Below are positions 54,087 to 64,000 of a DNA stretch of 64,000 bases, one piece after another (the stretch's first letter is position 1; each line of letters starts with the position of its first letter). Location of the stretch: positions 2,688,001-2,752,000 of the forward strand of contig CM000152.2 in NCBI GenBank assembly GCA_000004695.1, written 5' to 3'. Below the pieces are notes generated by a model. The model ran no database searches. It saw nothing but the letters and a program-made list of their open reading frames with translations, and was not told where the DNA came from. The stretch is from Dictyostelium discoideum. Its lineage: Eukaryota. The position numbers were made by a program, and so were the translations under genes.

Positions 54087-54387
54087 ACCTCTGCACCCAT
54101 TTCAATAAATTTTTCATAACTATCTCTAAAATAACAAACTTCACGAGTACAAACCCATCCAATCTATAAATATTATTATTGATTAAATTAATTTTTAATT
54201 TTTTTTTTTTTTCATTTAAACATATTAAAAAAAAAAAAAAAAAAAAAATTATTTATTTATTTACATTATTTGGATAAAAAAATATAACTAGAGGTTTACC
54301 GGCAAAATCTTTTAGATTAAATAATTTTCCATCTTTATTTGGAAGTGTAAATTCAGGAGCAATTTCTCCTATTTTCATAATACCCAT
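53741..54387 (-). pseudogene. BCP/PrxQ-type peroxiredoxin paralog 1, probably a pseudogene (1-nt frameshift in exon 2 and no canonical acceptor for the last intron).
   Basis: Exon 1 54265..54387 (MGIMKIGEIAPEFTLPNKDGK...FFYPNN). Exon 2 54088..54163 (IGWVCTREVCYFRD then frameshift before SYEKFIEMGAE). Exon 3 53741..~54001 (YVPGNSPNTMDNHKKF...ILSDKNG...RVTFVIDKNGKI). Confidence 0.5.
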
Positions 54388-54938
54388 TTTAAAATTTTAT
54401 AATATTTTTAATTTTTGTAGAATAAAAACTTTATTTTTTTAACTATTATTAATTTTAATAGTATAGTCTGAAAATTCAAATTTGATTCTATTAATTTATA
54501 TGGCTCTCTTTTTAATAAAAAAAAAAAAATAAAAAAAAATAAAAAAAAAAAAAAATTCAAAAAATAATTCAAAATTAAATAATTATTTGATTTTAATTTA
54601 AATTAAAAATGAAATAATAATAATAATAAAAATAAAAAAAAAAAAAACAAGATAATCTATTGGTAATAAAAAAACATTTTTTTTTATTAATTTTTTTTTT
54701 TGAAAAAAAAAAAATACTTGAACCTTTCAAAGCATAAATGCTATAATTAAACTCATATGAGCAATTTTTTTTATCTTTTTATAATGTTGTTTTTTTTGAT
54801 TACTATATATATATATACTTAACAATACTTTAACAGCCAGAGTAAAAACACCACACAGGATGTTAATTTTTTTTTTTGGGGGTTCATTTATCAAAAAACA
54901 ATGCATACTTGATGAAATAATATTTGCTTCAAATAATG

Positions 54939-54973
<35 letters not shown>

Positions 54974-55277
54974 ATCACAAGGGTAAAAAATAACCACCAA
55001 ATAAATTGTGATATCGCGATTTCTTCCTTTGATGGTTAAAAAAGGGTAAAAGTGAGTTCAAAAGATTAAAAAAAAAAAAATAAGATATAATTTAAATAAT
55101 AATTGGTTTTTTTTTATTTTTTTTATTATTTTTATATTATTATATTTTTATTATTATATATATGTATATATTACAGAGTATTTTTGGATTGAGTTAGGGT
55201 GATTTTTAAGCGTATAATTGGTTTTTTTTTTTAAGTTAAAATAAATAAACCATTAAAATAATTATTGTGATATTATC

Positions 55278-55336
<59 letters not shown>

Positions 55337-55412
55337 GTTAGGTTAATTGGAAATCTGTAATTTGAATAGGTTTTTTTTTAAAAAAAATATTTATATTTCA
55401 TTTGTAAATATT

Positions 55413-55976
55413 CTAATTAGCACTTAAAGTTTCTACTAATTTTAATGATTCTTCAATATGTTGAGTTGATTTTAATAAAGCAGAGTGACTAAATACAATT
55501 TTACCAGTTATATCAATTATAAAAGTTACTCTATCAGTAATTAAAAAACCATCGACACCAAAAGTTTTAGCTAATTTACGGCCTTCATCAACAACTAAAT
55601 TAAAAGGAATTTTATGTTTTTCTGCAAATCTATTATGAGATTCAACAGAGTTTGGACTTGCTCCGATAACTTCAACACCAAATTCACAAAATTTTTCATA
55701 GGCATCTCTAAATTCACCTTTAATTATTTAATATCAAATAAATTTTAAATGTTAGAAATTGTTATTTTTTTTTTATTATTATTAATTTATTTATTTATAA
55801 AAAAAAAAAAAAAATTACATACAAACTTCACTTTTACAATAGTAACCTATATTATTTGGAAAGAAAAATAAAACAAATGGTTTTTTCCCAATGTAATCTG
55901 ATGCCTTGATTTCTTTACCATCCTTATTTTTAACACTAAATAAAGGGCATTGATCACCAACATTTAATCTTGTCAT
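55413..55976 (-). CDS. BCP/PrxQ-type peroxiredoxin (thioredoxin peroxidase) paralog 2, intact: complement(join(55413..55717,55823..55976)), 152 aa.
   Basis: MTRLNVGDQCPLFSVKNKDGKEIKASDYIGKKPFVLFFFPNNIGYYCKSEVCEFRDAYEKFCEFGVEVIGASPNSVESHNRFAEKHKIPFNLVVDEGRKLAKTFGV...RVTFIID. GTATGT...AG intron of 105 nt. Confidence 0.75.
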
Positions 55977-56138
55977 TTTATTAATAATATTTATTTTTAT
56001 TTAAATTAAAATAGTATTCTTCTTTTTTTTTTTTTTTTTTTATATTTTCTATAAATATTCCTTTATTTTATTAATTAAATAATTTATTTATTTATTAATT
56101 TATTAATTTATTTATTAATTTTTTTATTATATTAATTT

Positions 56139-56189
<51 letters not shown>

Positions 56190-56559
56190 TTTGTTTATTT
56201 GTTTATTGCTCTTTTATTTTTGAAATTATAAACAATATATTATTTTTTTTTTTTTTCTTTTTATTGTGTGGATTATTTTTGTATTTTTTATTTATTTTTA
56301 TTTATTTATATTATTTATTTTAATAAATGAAATTAAAATTAAATTTAATTATTTAAAAAAAAATGTGGCGTGATCATTTTGATGGTGTCATACATAAAAT
56401 GTATTTTTTAAATTTAATTTTTTGTTCGCGTTGATATTTTTTTTTTTTTTTTTTTTTTTTGATATTTTCATTTGCTGTTTTTGGGGTTTAATTTTTTTTT
56501 TTTTAATTGTTTATTTTTTTATGTATTGTAAAATACTATGTTATATGATGGCCTTACCT

Positions 56560-56680
56560 CTAAATCTATGTTTTGTTAAATATTACATACATACAACATA
56601 CAAACACACAAACACACAAACACACAAACACACAAACACACAAATACACACAAGCACACACACACACATACGTTTCATTT
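56560..56680 (+). repeat. CA-rich microsatellite (ACAAACAC)n / (ACACAA)n.
   Basis: acaaacacacaaacacacaaacacacaaacacac... Confidence 0.9.
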
Positions 56681-57021
56681 TTTTTTTTTCTTTGCTTTTT
56701 AATTTTAATTTTATATTATCATATTAAAAAAATAAAAATAAAATAAAAAAAAAATAAAAATAAAATGAAAATGTGCAATAACAAGGGAGACAATAGAAAA
56801 AGAGAGGCAACCTTATGTTTTTAGATCATACAAAGAGTATTGTTTGTTTTTTTTATTAAATCTTTTAGAACTTACGTTTCAAAATTTATAATTATCAATG
56901 TTTGCGAACACTTTTTTTTATTTTAATTGTTTAATTTTTATTTTTATATCATTTTTATTTTTATTTTTATTTTTATTTTAATTTAATTTTTAAGATTTAA
57001 ATCCAAATTTAAATTTGCTCC

Positions 57022-57055
<34 letters not shown>

Positions 57056-57399
57056 AACATTTTTTTCAATGTAAAATTAAGTTGAAAATATATTTTTTCA
57101 ACTTAATTCCTATATCAATGAATTATTTTATCAGAATAATTTTGTTTCAAATTCTAAAATTAATTCTTTTAAACCTATATACGCATTTATTAAATCAATT
57201 TTTGGTACTGTCTTTTCTCTAATTTACTTACTATCACTGATTTAAAATGGTACGTAAAATATAATAATTTTAATTCGTCCAATAATTATTTTAATATTTC
57301 AAGTAAAATAATTTTTTGGTTTTGTAAGAATACATCAAAAGCTTCAATGATAGAAATTTAAAACGGGTATGAGTTATTTAACATGAAAAATATCGATTA

Positions 57400-57473
57400 G
57401 TTCGGATGGTGTAGTCGGTTATCACGAATCCTTAACACGGATTAGGTCGTGGGTTCGATTCCCGCTCTGAATA
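57400..57473 (+). tRNA. tRNA-Val (anticodon AAC).
   Basis: GTTCGGA-TG-GTGT-AGTCGGTTA-TCAC-G-AATCC-TTAACAC-GGATT-AGGTC-GTGGG-TTCGATT-CCCGC-TCTGAAT-A. Very close to canonical eukaryotic tRNA-Val. T5 terminator at 57485-57489. Confidence 0.9.
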
Positions 57474-57514
57474 CAAACTAATACTTTTTCCAAAGACAAA
57501 TTTTCATAGTCAAA

Positions 57515-57525
57515 AGTTCGATTCC
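57515..57525 (+). promoter_or_regulatory. External B box (ex-B) 42 bp downstream of tRNA-Val.
   Basis: AGTTCGATTCC matches the B-box consensus GGTTCGANTCC. Confidence 0.6.
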
Positions 57526-57920
57526 AGAAGAATGCAGTCTTTGAAAAAAAAAAAAGTAATTTAGCAATTTATTTAAAATTTTAATACCTTTTAAAATCAT
57601 TTAATTTATATAATTTAGTTTGTTTTATTATTATATTTCATCTTATAAAAACATAAAACAAAAAAATTATTGAATTTGATGGTTAAATACTAATTAGTTA
57701 ATATTTTTTTTTTTTTTTTTTTTAATAAAATGTTGGTGAAATTTTAATACACAAATCCAATAAAAAAAAAAAATTTAATAAAAAACAGCAAAGATCAAAA
57801 AAAAAATAAACAAAATAAAAAATATAAATGATAGGAATGAATTTAAAGATTTATTTTATTAAAAACATTTAGATCAATAATTATTAATTATTTTCTAAGA
57901 ATATCAGCCTAAAGAGTTAT

Positions 57921-59384
57921 TTAAAATAAAAGGCCAAGAGAAATTAAAACTGCAGTTAAACAAAATGATGAAATAATTCTTAAACTTGAGTTTGGATGAT
58001 CACCATCAGCTGAAGTATCATCACCAGTTGCAGATCCAGTAGCTGAACCAGTTGAAGAAGTAGTAGCACCAGTTGAAGAAGTAGCAGAACCAGTAGTGGT
58101 TGGAACTGGTTTATCAACTTCACCAGATTGATAGTTTGAAGCACCTAATGTTGGATCCCATTCAACAGAGTTTGGTCTTTCACCTTCAAATGAATATGTG
58201 ACGAATAAGGCATCTTTGTTTGAAATCATAGTTTTTAAGTCATTTGTGAAGCTACCACTTTCAGATGTTTTACCTACATTTGAGTGAACCTTGGAGGTTT
58301 GTGTACCAGCAGCTGAATTTACTTTTGCAGTTCCAACCCAATCATATGTAATTGAGAAATTTTTACCTATATCAACTGTAATTGATGGTGCACTTTTATC
58401 AGTGGCCTTGAATTTAACTGAAGCAACGAATGAAAGGAGGGCAAGTTTTGATTTTTTATCAGATGGACCAGTTGTTAAGCCACAGAATGGGATGTTTAAA
58501 TTGGTTGAGGATTTGGCAGAAAATGGTGAACCTCCAAGGAGACCTCCAATGATATTACCAATGGTACTTGTTACTGAAGTGGCTACTGTTGTAACACCAT
58601 TCACAATATCACAAAAAGTTGGATTCTTATTTACATTTTTATCATAGTAATTGTAAATACCAATATCGATTTTAGTTTGTGAAGCACCAATTGGATTCCC
58701 ATTAACACCAACAGATTGTTCTGGTACAGTGAAGTCCATAGTGAATAAACCATTATCACTCTTAGATGAAATATAGTGTACATTAAATTCCTCACCCTTG
58801 GCATTTTTTAATTTTTTAGTTGTTGAAGTTGTTTTGTAACTATAATATTTAAGGTCAATTTTACCTACAACAGTATCTTGTCCTTGTTGGAATCCTTCAA
58901 CACCATTTTCTTCAGTATATTCAACAATATAGGCTGGCATAAATCCTGTGGCAATTGCAGATACACCAAAATCAATATTCAATTGGGATAAATCTAAATT
59001 GGCATGACCCTCTAAATAAACAAATGAAACTGATGGTGGGACAGAATATAATGTTTGGTATCTGAAAATTGATGAATCAGCTTGTGCTGAAGCTGCACTA
59101 TTTGAAAGAGAACCACCGATTGATGCACCTTGTAAATAAAATAGGTATGGGCTAAGGTTGATACCTGTTCCTTCAATTGTAACATCTGGTATTTTAACTT
59201 CTTTTGAAATATATTTACGATAGACATCCTTGGATCTGGTAATGTTAGAGAATACCACTTAAAAAATACAGGTAAATATTTAATTGTTAAATTTTTAAAA
59301 AGTTAAATAATACATACATTGATCAATAGTTCCAGCAAATGCCGAACCAATTAATAAAAAACATAAAAATAAAGCTTTATTCAT
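57921..59384 (-). CDS. Secreted, probably GPI-anchored Ser/Thr-rich protein, paralog 1: complement(join(57921..59257,59318..59384)).
   Basis: Signal peptide MNKALFLCFLLIGSAFAG in exon 1. 60-nt GTATGT...AAG intron. C-terminal hydrophobic tail ISSFCLTAVLISLGLLF. Shares IEYTEENG.GFQ...SASQTK.D.GIYNYYD with the paralog at 62436. Confidence 0.6.
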
Positions 59385-60184
59385 TTTTTTTTTTTAAATT
59401 ATAATTTGTTAATAATTTGAAAATTAATAAATAAAATGTTGTTTTTTTTTTTTTATTTATAGTTTTAAAATTATAACTATGGAAAATTAAAAAAAAAATG
59501 TGTTACCCAACAATTATATTCAAATAAACAAGCTCCATAGTTTTGATTATAAACAAACCAATTAATTCCAATTTTTCCAAGTTTTTAGACTTTTAAATAA
59601 ATATGAAAGTATGAAATTAAAAAAAAAAAAAAAAATAAATAAAAAAAAAGTGGAAAAAATTTTAAAATCGGATTAATTCTTGGGTGCGAAAAAAAAAAAA
59701 TTAAAATTTAAAAAACATTTCCCAGTCAAAACAAAAAAAAAAAAAAAACAAAAAAACAAAAAAAAAAAAAAAAAAAAAAAAATTATACTTATTTAATTAA
59801 AAAAATTTGAATGGAAATAATTTGTTAAAATAATGGTATAATAGTTTGTGGATAACAAATGTGCAATACCAATTGGTAGAAGAAGATTATTATCACCGGA
59901 TCTCTTGAGCTCCAGTTTCAATCATACTATGTTCAACTTAAAGAAAAATTAGCTCACGCTCCAATTACAGTCAAAGAAGATTTAGATATTTTAGAAAAAC
60001 TTCTTGTAACAAGAGCCGCAAAAAAAAAATAAAAGTAAAAAAAAAAAAATAAAAAAAAAGAGGCGAGGAATCAACCAGCTCGGCATAAAATTACTTTTCA
60101 CCACTTTAATGCTGAAATTTTTACATTCGACCACCCTTATTAGTTTATTACCCTTTTTGTTTATTGTTTTTAAATGGCAAACAT

Positions 60185-60246
<62 letters not shown>

Positions 60247-60540
60247 TATTATTAAACTAGTTGAGTCAAACAAATTAATTTGATGATTATATTCTTTTTT
60301 TTAGACTATTATTCTATTTACATGCCTTGGAATCTAATAAAATGACATGTCATTCTAAAAAATTAAAATAATCTAAACGAATCTTTCGAACCGTTTTTTT
60401 TTTGAAAAAGATATTTATTTTTCAAATTTCCAAATTTTGCCATTCTTTTTTTTATAAATATAAAAAGAAAATATTTTTAAATTTTTTTTTAAAAATATTT
60501 TTAAAAAAACAAAAACGAAATTGATAATTATAAAGTAATA

Positions 60541-61485
60541 ATGAAATTAATAATTCAACTAATAATTTTAATTTTAACAATTAAACAATGTTTGGCATTT
60601 GAAAAATTATTTGTAAATTTAGTACCATACCAAACATCAAGTTGTTCAAAAGGTGGTGCCCAATCAAGTGGTATTGGTTTTAGTGGAATTATTGATACAT
60701 GTTTAACAATTGATGCTTTAAGTAATTTTAAATTTACTGTGGGTTCAAATAAAATGATTACTTGGTCAACTTATAAAGCAAAGAATGTTTCAGAAGTAAC
60801 TTGTACAACTGATAATCAAGTTTCATCAACAACTACTCCAATAGGTTCATGTGTTGCTAGTAAATCATTTGATATTGATTCTGATCTTATGCCAGTTAAT
60901 CCATTCTTTTATGAAGTTTCAGTATCTGTTACTCCATTAATTCAAGATAATTCAGTTGTTAATATGTTTATGAGTGGTGAAAGTTGTACTTCAGATAATG
61001 CTTTAATTGTTGAATATATTACCGTTGGTACATTTGTATTATCTCAACAAGATAGTGGTATATTTGAATATATTTGTTCGAATGGTGTACCTGAAATTGT
61101 TGCTTGTGATTCACATAAAAAAAATTGTAAAGCTCCAACCAATGCTGCATTGGACTGTTATAATATTTCCCCATTCTTTAATGGTTCATCATTTGAATTA
61201 CCATGTTCTTCTGGTTCACAACAAGGTTCAGAAAGTTGTGCACCTTTACCTTTTTCAGGTTCTAGTGCTGGTGCTAGTTCGGGTGCAGTATCAAGTGGCT
61301 CAGGTTTTTCATCTGGTTTTGTTTCACCATCAATGAAAACATCTGGTTCAACAGGTGCATATACCAATTATATTGCTAATAGTGATACAACTACTGGAAA
61401 TAGTTATCAAGAATATAATAATTTAAATTCAATGAATCCAATTGTTTTGTCCTATTTAACAACTTATTGTTCAAGCAGTAATTAA
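60541..61485 (+). CDS. Secreted Cys-rich protein with Ser/Gly-rich C-terminal region and hydrophobic C-terminus (possible GPI anchor).
   Basis: MKLIIQLIILILTIKQCLA signal. About 16 Cys. SGSSAGASSGAVSSGSGFSSG low-complexity stretch. 314-aa single ORF. Confidence 0.5.
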   Translation: MKLIIQLIILILTIKQCLAFEKLFVNLVPYQTSSCSKGGAQSSGIGFSGIIDTCLTIDALSNFKFTVGSNKMITWSTYKAKNVSEVTCTTDNQVSSTTTPIGSCVASKSFDIDSDLMPVNPFFYEVSVSVTPLIQDNSVVNMFMSGESCTSDNALIVEYITVGTFVLSQQDSGIFEYICSNGVPEIVACDSHKKNCKAPTNAALDCYNISPFFNGSSFELPCSSGSQQGSESCAPLPFSGSSAGASSGAVSSGSGFSSGFVSPSMKTSGSTGAYTNYIANSDTTTGNSYQEYNNLNSMNPIVLSYLTTYCSSSN

Positions 61486-61693
61486 TTTAAAAATAAAATA
61501 TTAATTTTTTTTGTTAATTAATTAATAATTTGATTGTAAAATTTATTTAGTTATTTAAATTTTTTTATTTTTAAAAATATAATTTAAATGATTTATAATT
61601 GATTGTTTTGTATATATATATAATATATTATTAGCTGTCCAATCTACTGGTACAAATGTTCAAGAAAGGTGTGAAAAATAAAAAAATTAAAAT

Positions 61694-61734
<41 letters not shown>

Positions 61735-61884
61735 CATTAAAATTAAAATTAATTTGAATTAATTAAATTAAATTATTGCTGGGTAAACCTTAACAGATTT
61801 AAACAATAAAATCAATTAATTAATGTTAATACTTTTATATAGATGGTCTTGATTCACTAAAATCACCAAAATCATCTTTATCAT

Positions 61885-62120
61885 TAACTAGGCCTAGTTA
61901 CTGATGATTTTTCAAAACCACTCATTGTGTTGAAAAATCATCAAACCCATTATTATTTAATTAACCGAAGGTATATCTTTTACTTAGATTCTTTTTTATT
62001 CTTTATAAAATCGTTTGACTTTTTTTTTTTCTGTGCCAAAATTACCATATTAATATGGTAATTTTGGCAGAAATAAGTCCCATGCCAAAATTAATATGGT
62101 AATTTTGGCACGGGACAGTC
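61885..62120. repeat. Cluster of long perfect palindromes / hairpins in a less AT-rich island.
   Basis: 16-bp palindrome taactaggcctagtta. 14-bp inverted arms tgatgatttttcaa/ttgaaaaatcatca. 36-bp perfect palindrome 62034-62069. Related hairpin 62077-62116. Confidence 0.6.
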
Positions 62121-62435
62121 GCATTAATAAATTATAAAATTTATAAATCAAAAGAATCAACACCTTCTATATTTGATATGATTTTTATTGACTTCTGAAA
62201 AAAAAATTCTCCTTGTACCGGTAATCTTTTAAGTTCAATACAATCAATCATCCAAACTTGTACAAAGTAAACCTTGTGTACTTTGGGCATTGTTCTTAAA
62301 AAATAAAATAGAATATAATTAAATAAATAAAAAAAAGTAAAATTTTAAAAAACAGATAATAGATAAGGCAGTCTAATTTATTTTTATTACTTTTTTAAAA
62401 TATGGTTTGTTATTAATAATAAAATCTTTTAAATA

Positions 62436-63803
62436 TTAATTTAAAATTAATAAACTTGATAAAACAATTAAAACTATTAAAAACAATGATGAAGTAGTTT
62501 TGAAAGCACTATTTGGATTTTCTTCTGGCATTGGACCATCATCAGTATAACCTGGTTCATAATTTGATGCACCTAAAGTTGGATCCCATTCAATTGAGCT
62601 TGGTCTAACACCATCAAATGAGTAAGTAATAAATAATGATTGCATATCACTGAGGAACTTTGAAATACCACCTAAACCAAATTTACTACCTTTTGAACTA
62701 TCAGTAACATTTGAGAAAACTTTGGAATTTTTAGCACCATTTCCAGTGTTAACTTTAGCCTTTCCAATCCAATCGTAAGTAACTGAAAAATTTTTACCAA
62801 CATCAAAAGTAACTGATGCTTCACCTTTATCATTAACCTTTAATTTAACGGCTGCAACAAATGAAAGGAGTGCAAGTTTTGATTGTTTTTTAGATGGTCC
62901 TGTTGTTCCATCACAAAGCACTGGGATATTAATGTTACTTGGTTCAACTGTTTTAGTTTCAATTGGTTCAGGTTCAACTGTATCCGATTCAATAAATGGG
63001 AATGGTAAGTCAGTAAGTATTGGTGGGATAGTTACTGGTGGGAGAGTAATTGGTGGGAGAGTAATTGGTGGGAGTGTTATTGGTGGGAGTGTTAAATCTG
63101 GAATTGATGGCATAGATGTTGCCCAATCTGGGATTTTGATATCACAGAAATCCAATTCATTTTTGTTAATTTTTTCATCATAGTAATTGTAAATACCGAC
63201 ATCAACTTTAGTTTGTGAAGCACTAATTGCGTTTCCATCAATACCAACTGAACGCTCTGGAATTGTAAAGTTCATTTGGAATAAACCATTTTTACTGGTT
63301 GATGTAACTTTATAAACTTTAAATGTTTTTCCATCTGATCCGGTCATATCTGCTGATTGTGAGGTGGTTTTGTAGGTATATTTACTGAGATCAACCATAC
63401 CAACAACAGAGTCACCGTCAAGTTGGAATCCATCAATACCATTTTCTTCAGTGTATTCAATGATAAAAGTTGGCATAAAACCTGTGGCAATAGCTGAAAT
63501 ACCAAAGTTTAATTGTAGCTTTTTAATATCTAAATTGATATTACCTTCAGCATAGGAAAAGGTTAAACTTGGGAAAACGTATGGCATAGTTTGATATCTA
63601 AACAAAGAAGTATCAATTTTACCAGTTGTATTGGTTCCACTTAATGTACCACCAACAGATGCACCTACTAAAAAGAACTGGTATGGTACCAAGCCTGCTT
63701 CACCACCAAAGGAAAATTGTTTATATTCACGGAATACATCCTTCTTTCTGTTAATATTTTTAAAACTATCTAATAAATTTCAAAACAAATTATTTTAATT
63801 AAT

Positions 63804-63872
<69 letters not shown>

Positions 63873-63954
63873 CTATAAAATACTTACTAACATCTAATGA
63901 TTGAACAAAAGTTGAACAAATAAATAAAATACATAAACATAAAGCTTTATTCAT
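62436..63954 (-). CDS. Secreted, probably GPI-anchored protein, paralog 2, with (LPPIT)n proline-rich repeat: complement(join(62436..63769,63888..63954)).
   Basis: Signal peptide MNKALCLCILFICSTFVQS. GTAAGT...TTAG intron of 118 nt. LPPITLPPITLPPITLPPVTIPPI insert. C-terminal hydrophobic tail. Paralogous to 57921-59384. Confidence 0.6.
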
Positions 63955-64000
63955 TTTTTTAATTTTAAAATATAAATTATAAATTAAATTTTTTTTTTTT

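Overview
This 64 kb window is AT-rich (about 75-80%) nuclear DNA that looks like Dictyostelium discoideum. Evidence: poly-N/Q coding repeats, (AAT)n tracts, short introns with GTAAGT...AG ends, FNIP-repeat protein, ex-B boxes after tRNA genes, a DUSE element before an snRNA gene, and TRE/DGLT-A/Skipper-type retroelements. The window has two halves. (1) Positions 1-15400 are a retrotransposon nest around a tRNA-Ile(AAU) gene. It contains a 5'-truncated chromodomain Ty3/gypsy element with an intact pol ORF and 3' LTR. It contains a nest of TRE-type non-LTR fragments with an interrupted ORF2 (EN/RT/CCHC) and tandem and inverted module repeats. It contains an internally deleted DGLT-A-like LTR element (gag-PR only) 13 bp upstream of the tRNA. 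(2) Positions 15800-64000 are a normal gene-dense region. Called genes: FNIP-repeat protein, small HSP, C2-domain protein, VPS9-domain protein, inositol 5-phosphatase, GH63-like glycosidase, SLC17-like MFS transporter, PAS hybrid histidine kinase, a lipoxygenase lacking a PLAT domain, a type I membrane protein, U1 snRNA, mitochondrial NDP kinase with a 7-nt micro-exon, two tandem BCP/PrxQ peroxiredoxins, tRNA-Val(AAC), and two paralogous secreted proteins flanking a Cys-rich secreted protein. Three genes carry apparent frameshifts, and there are two unusual palindrome-rich, less AT-rich islands. All coordinates come from manual translation and splice-site reading. Homology calls rest on recalled motifs, not database searches.
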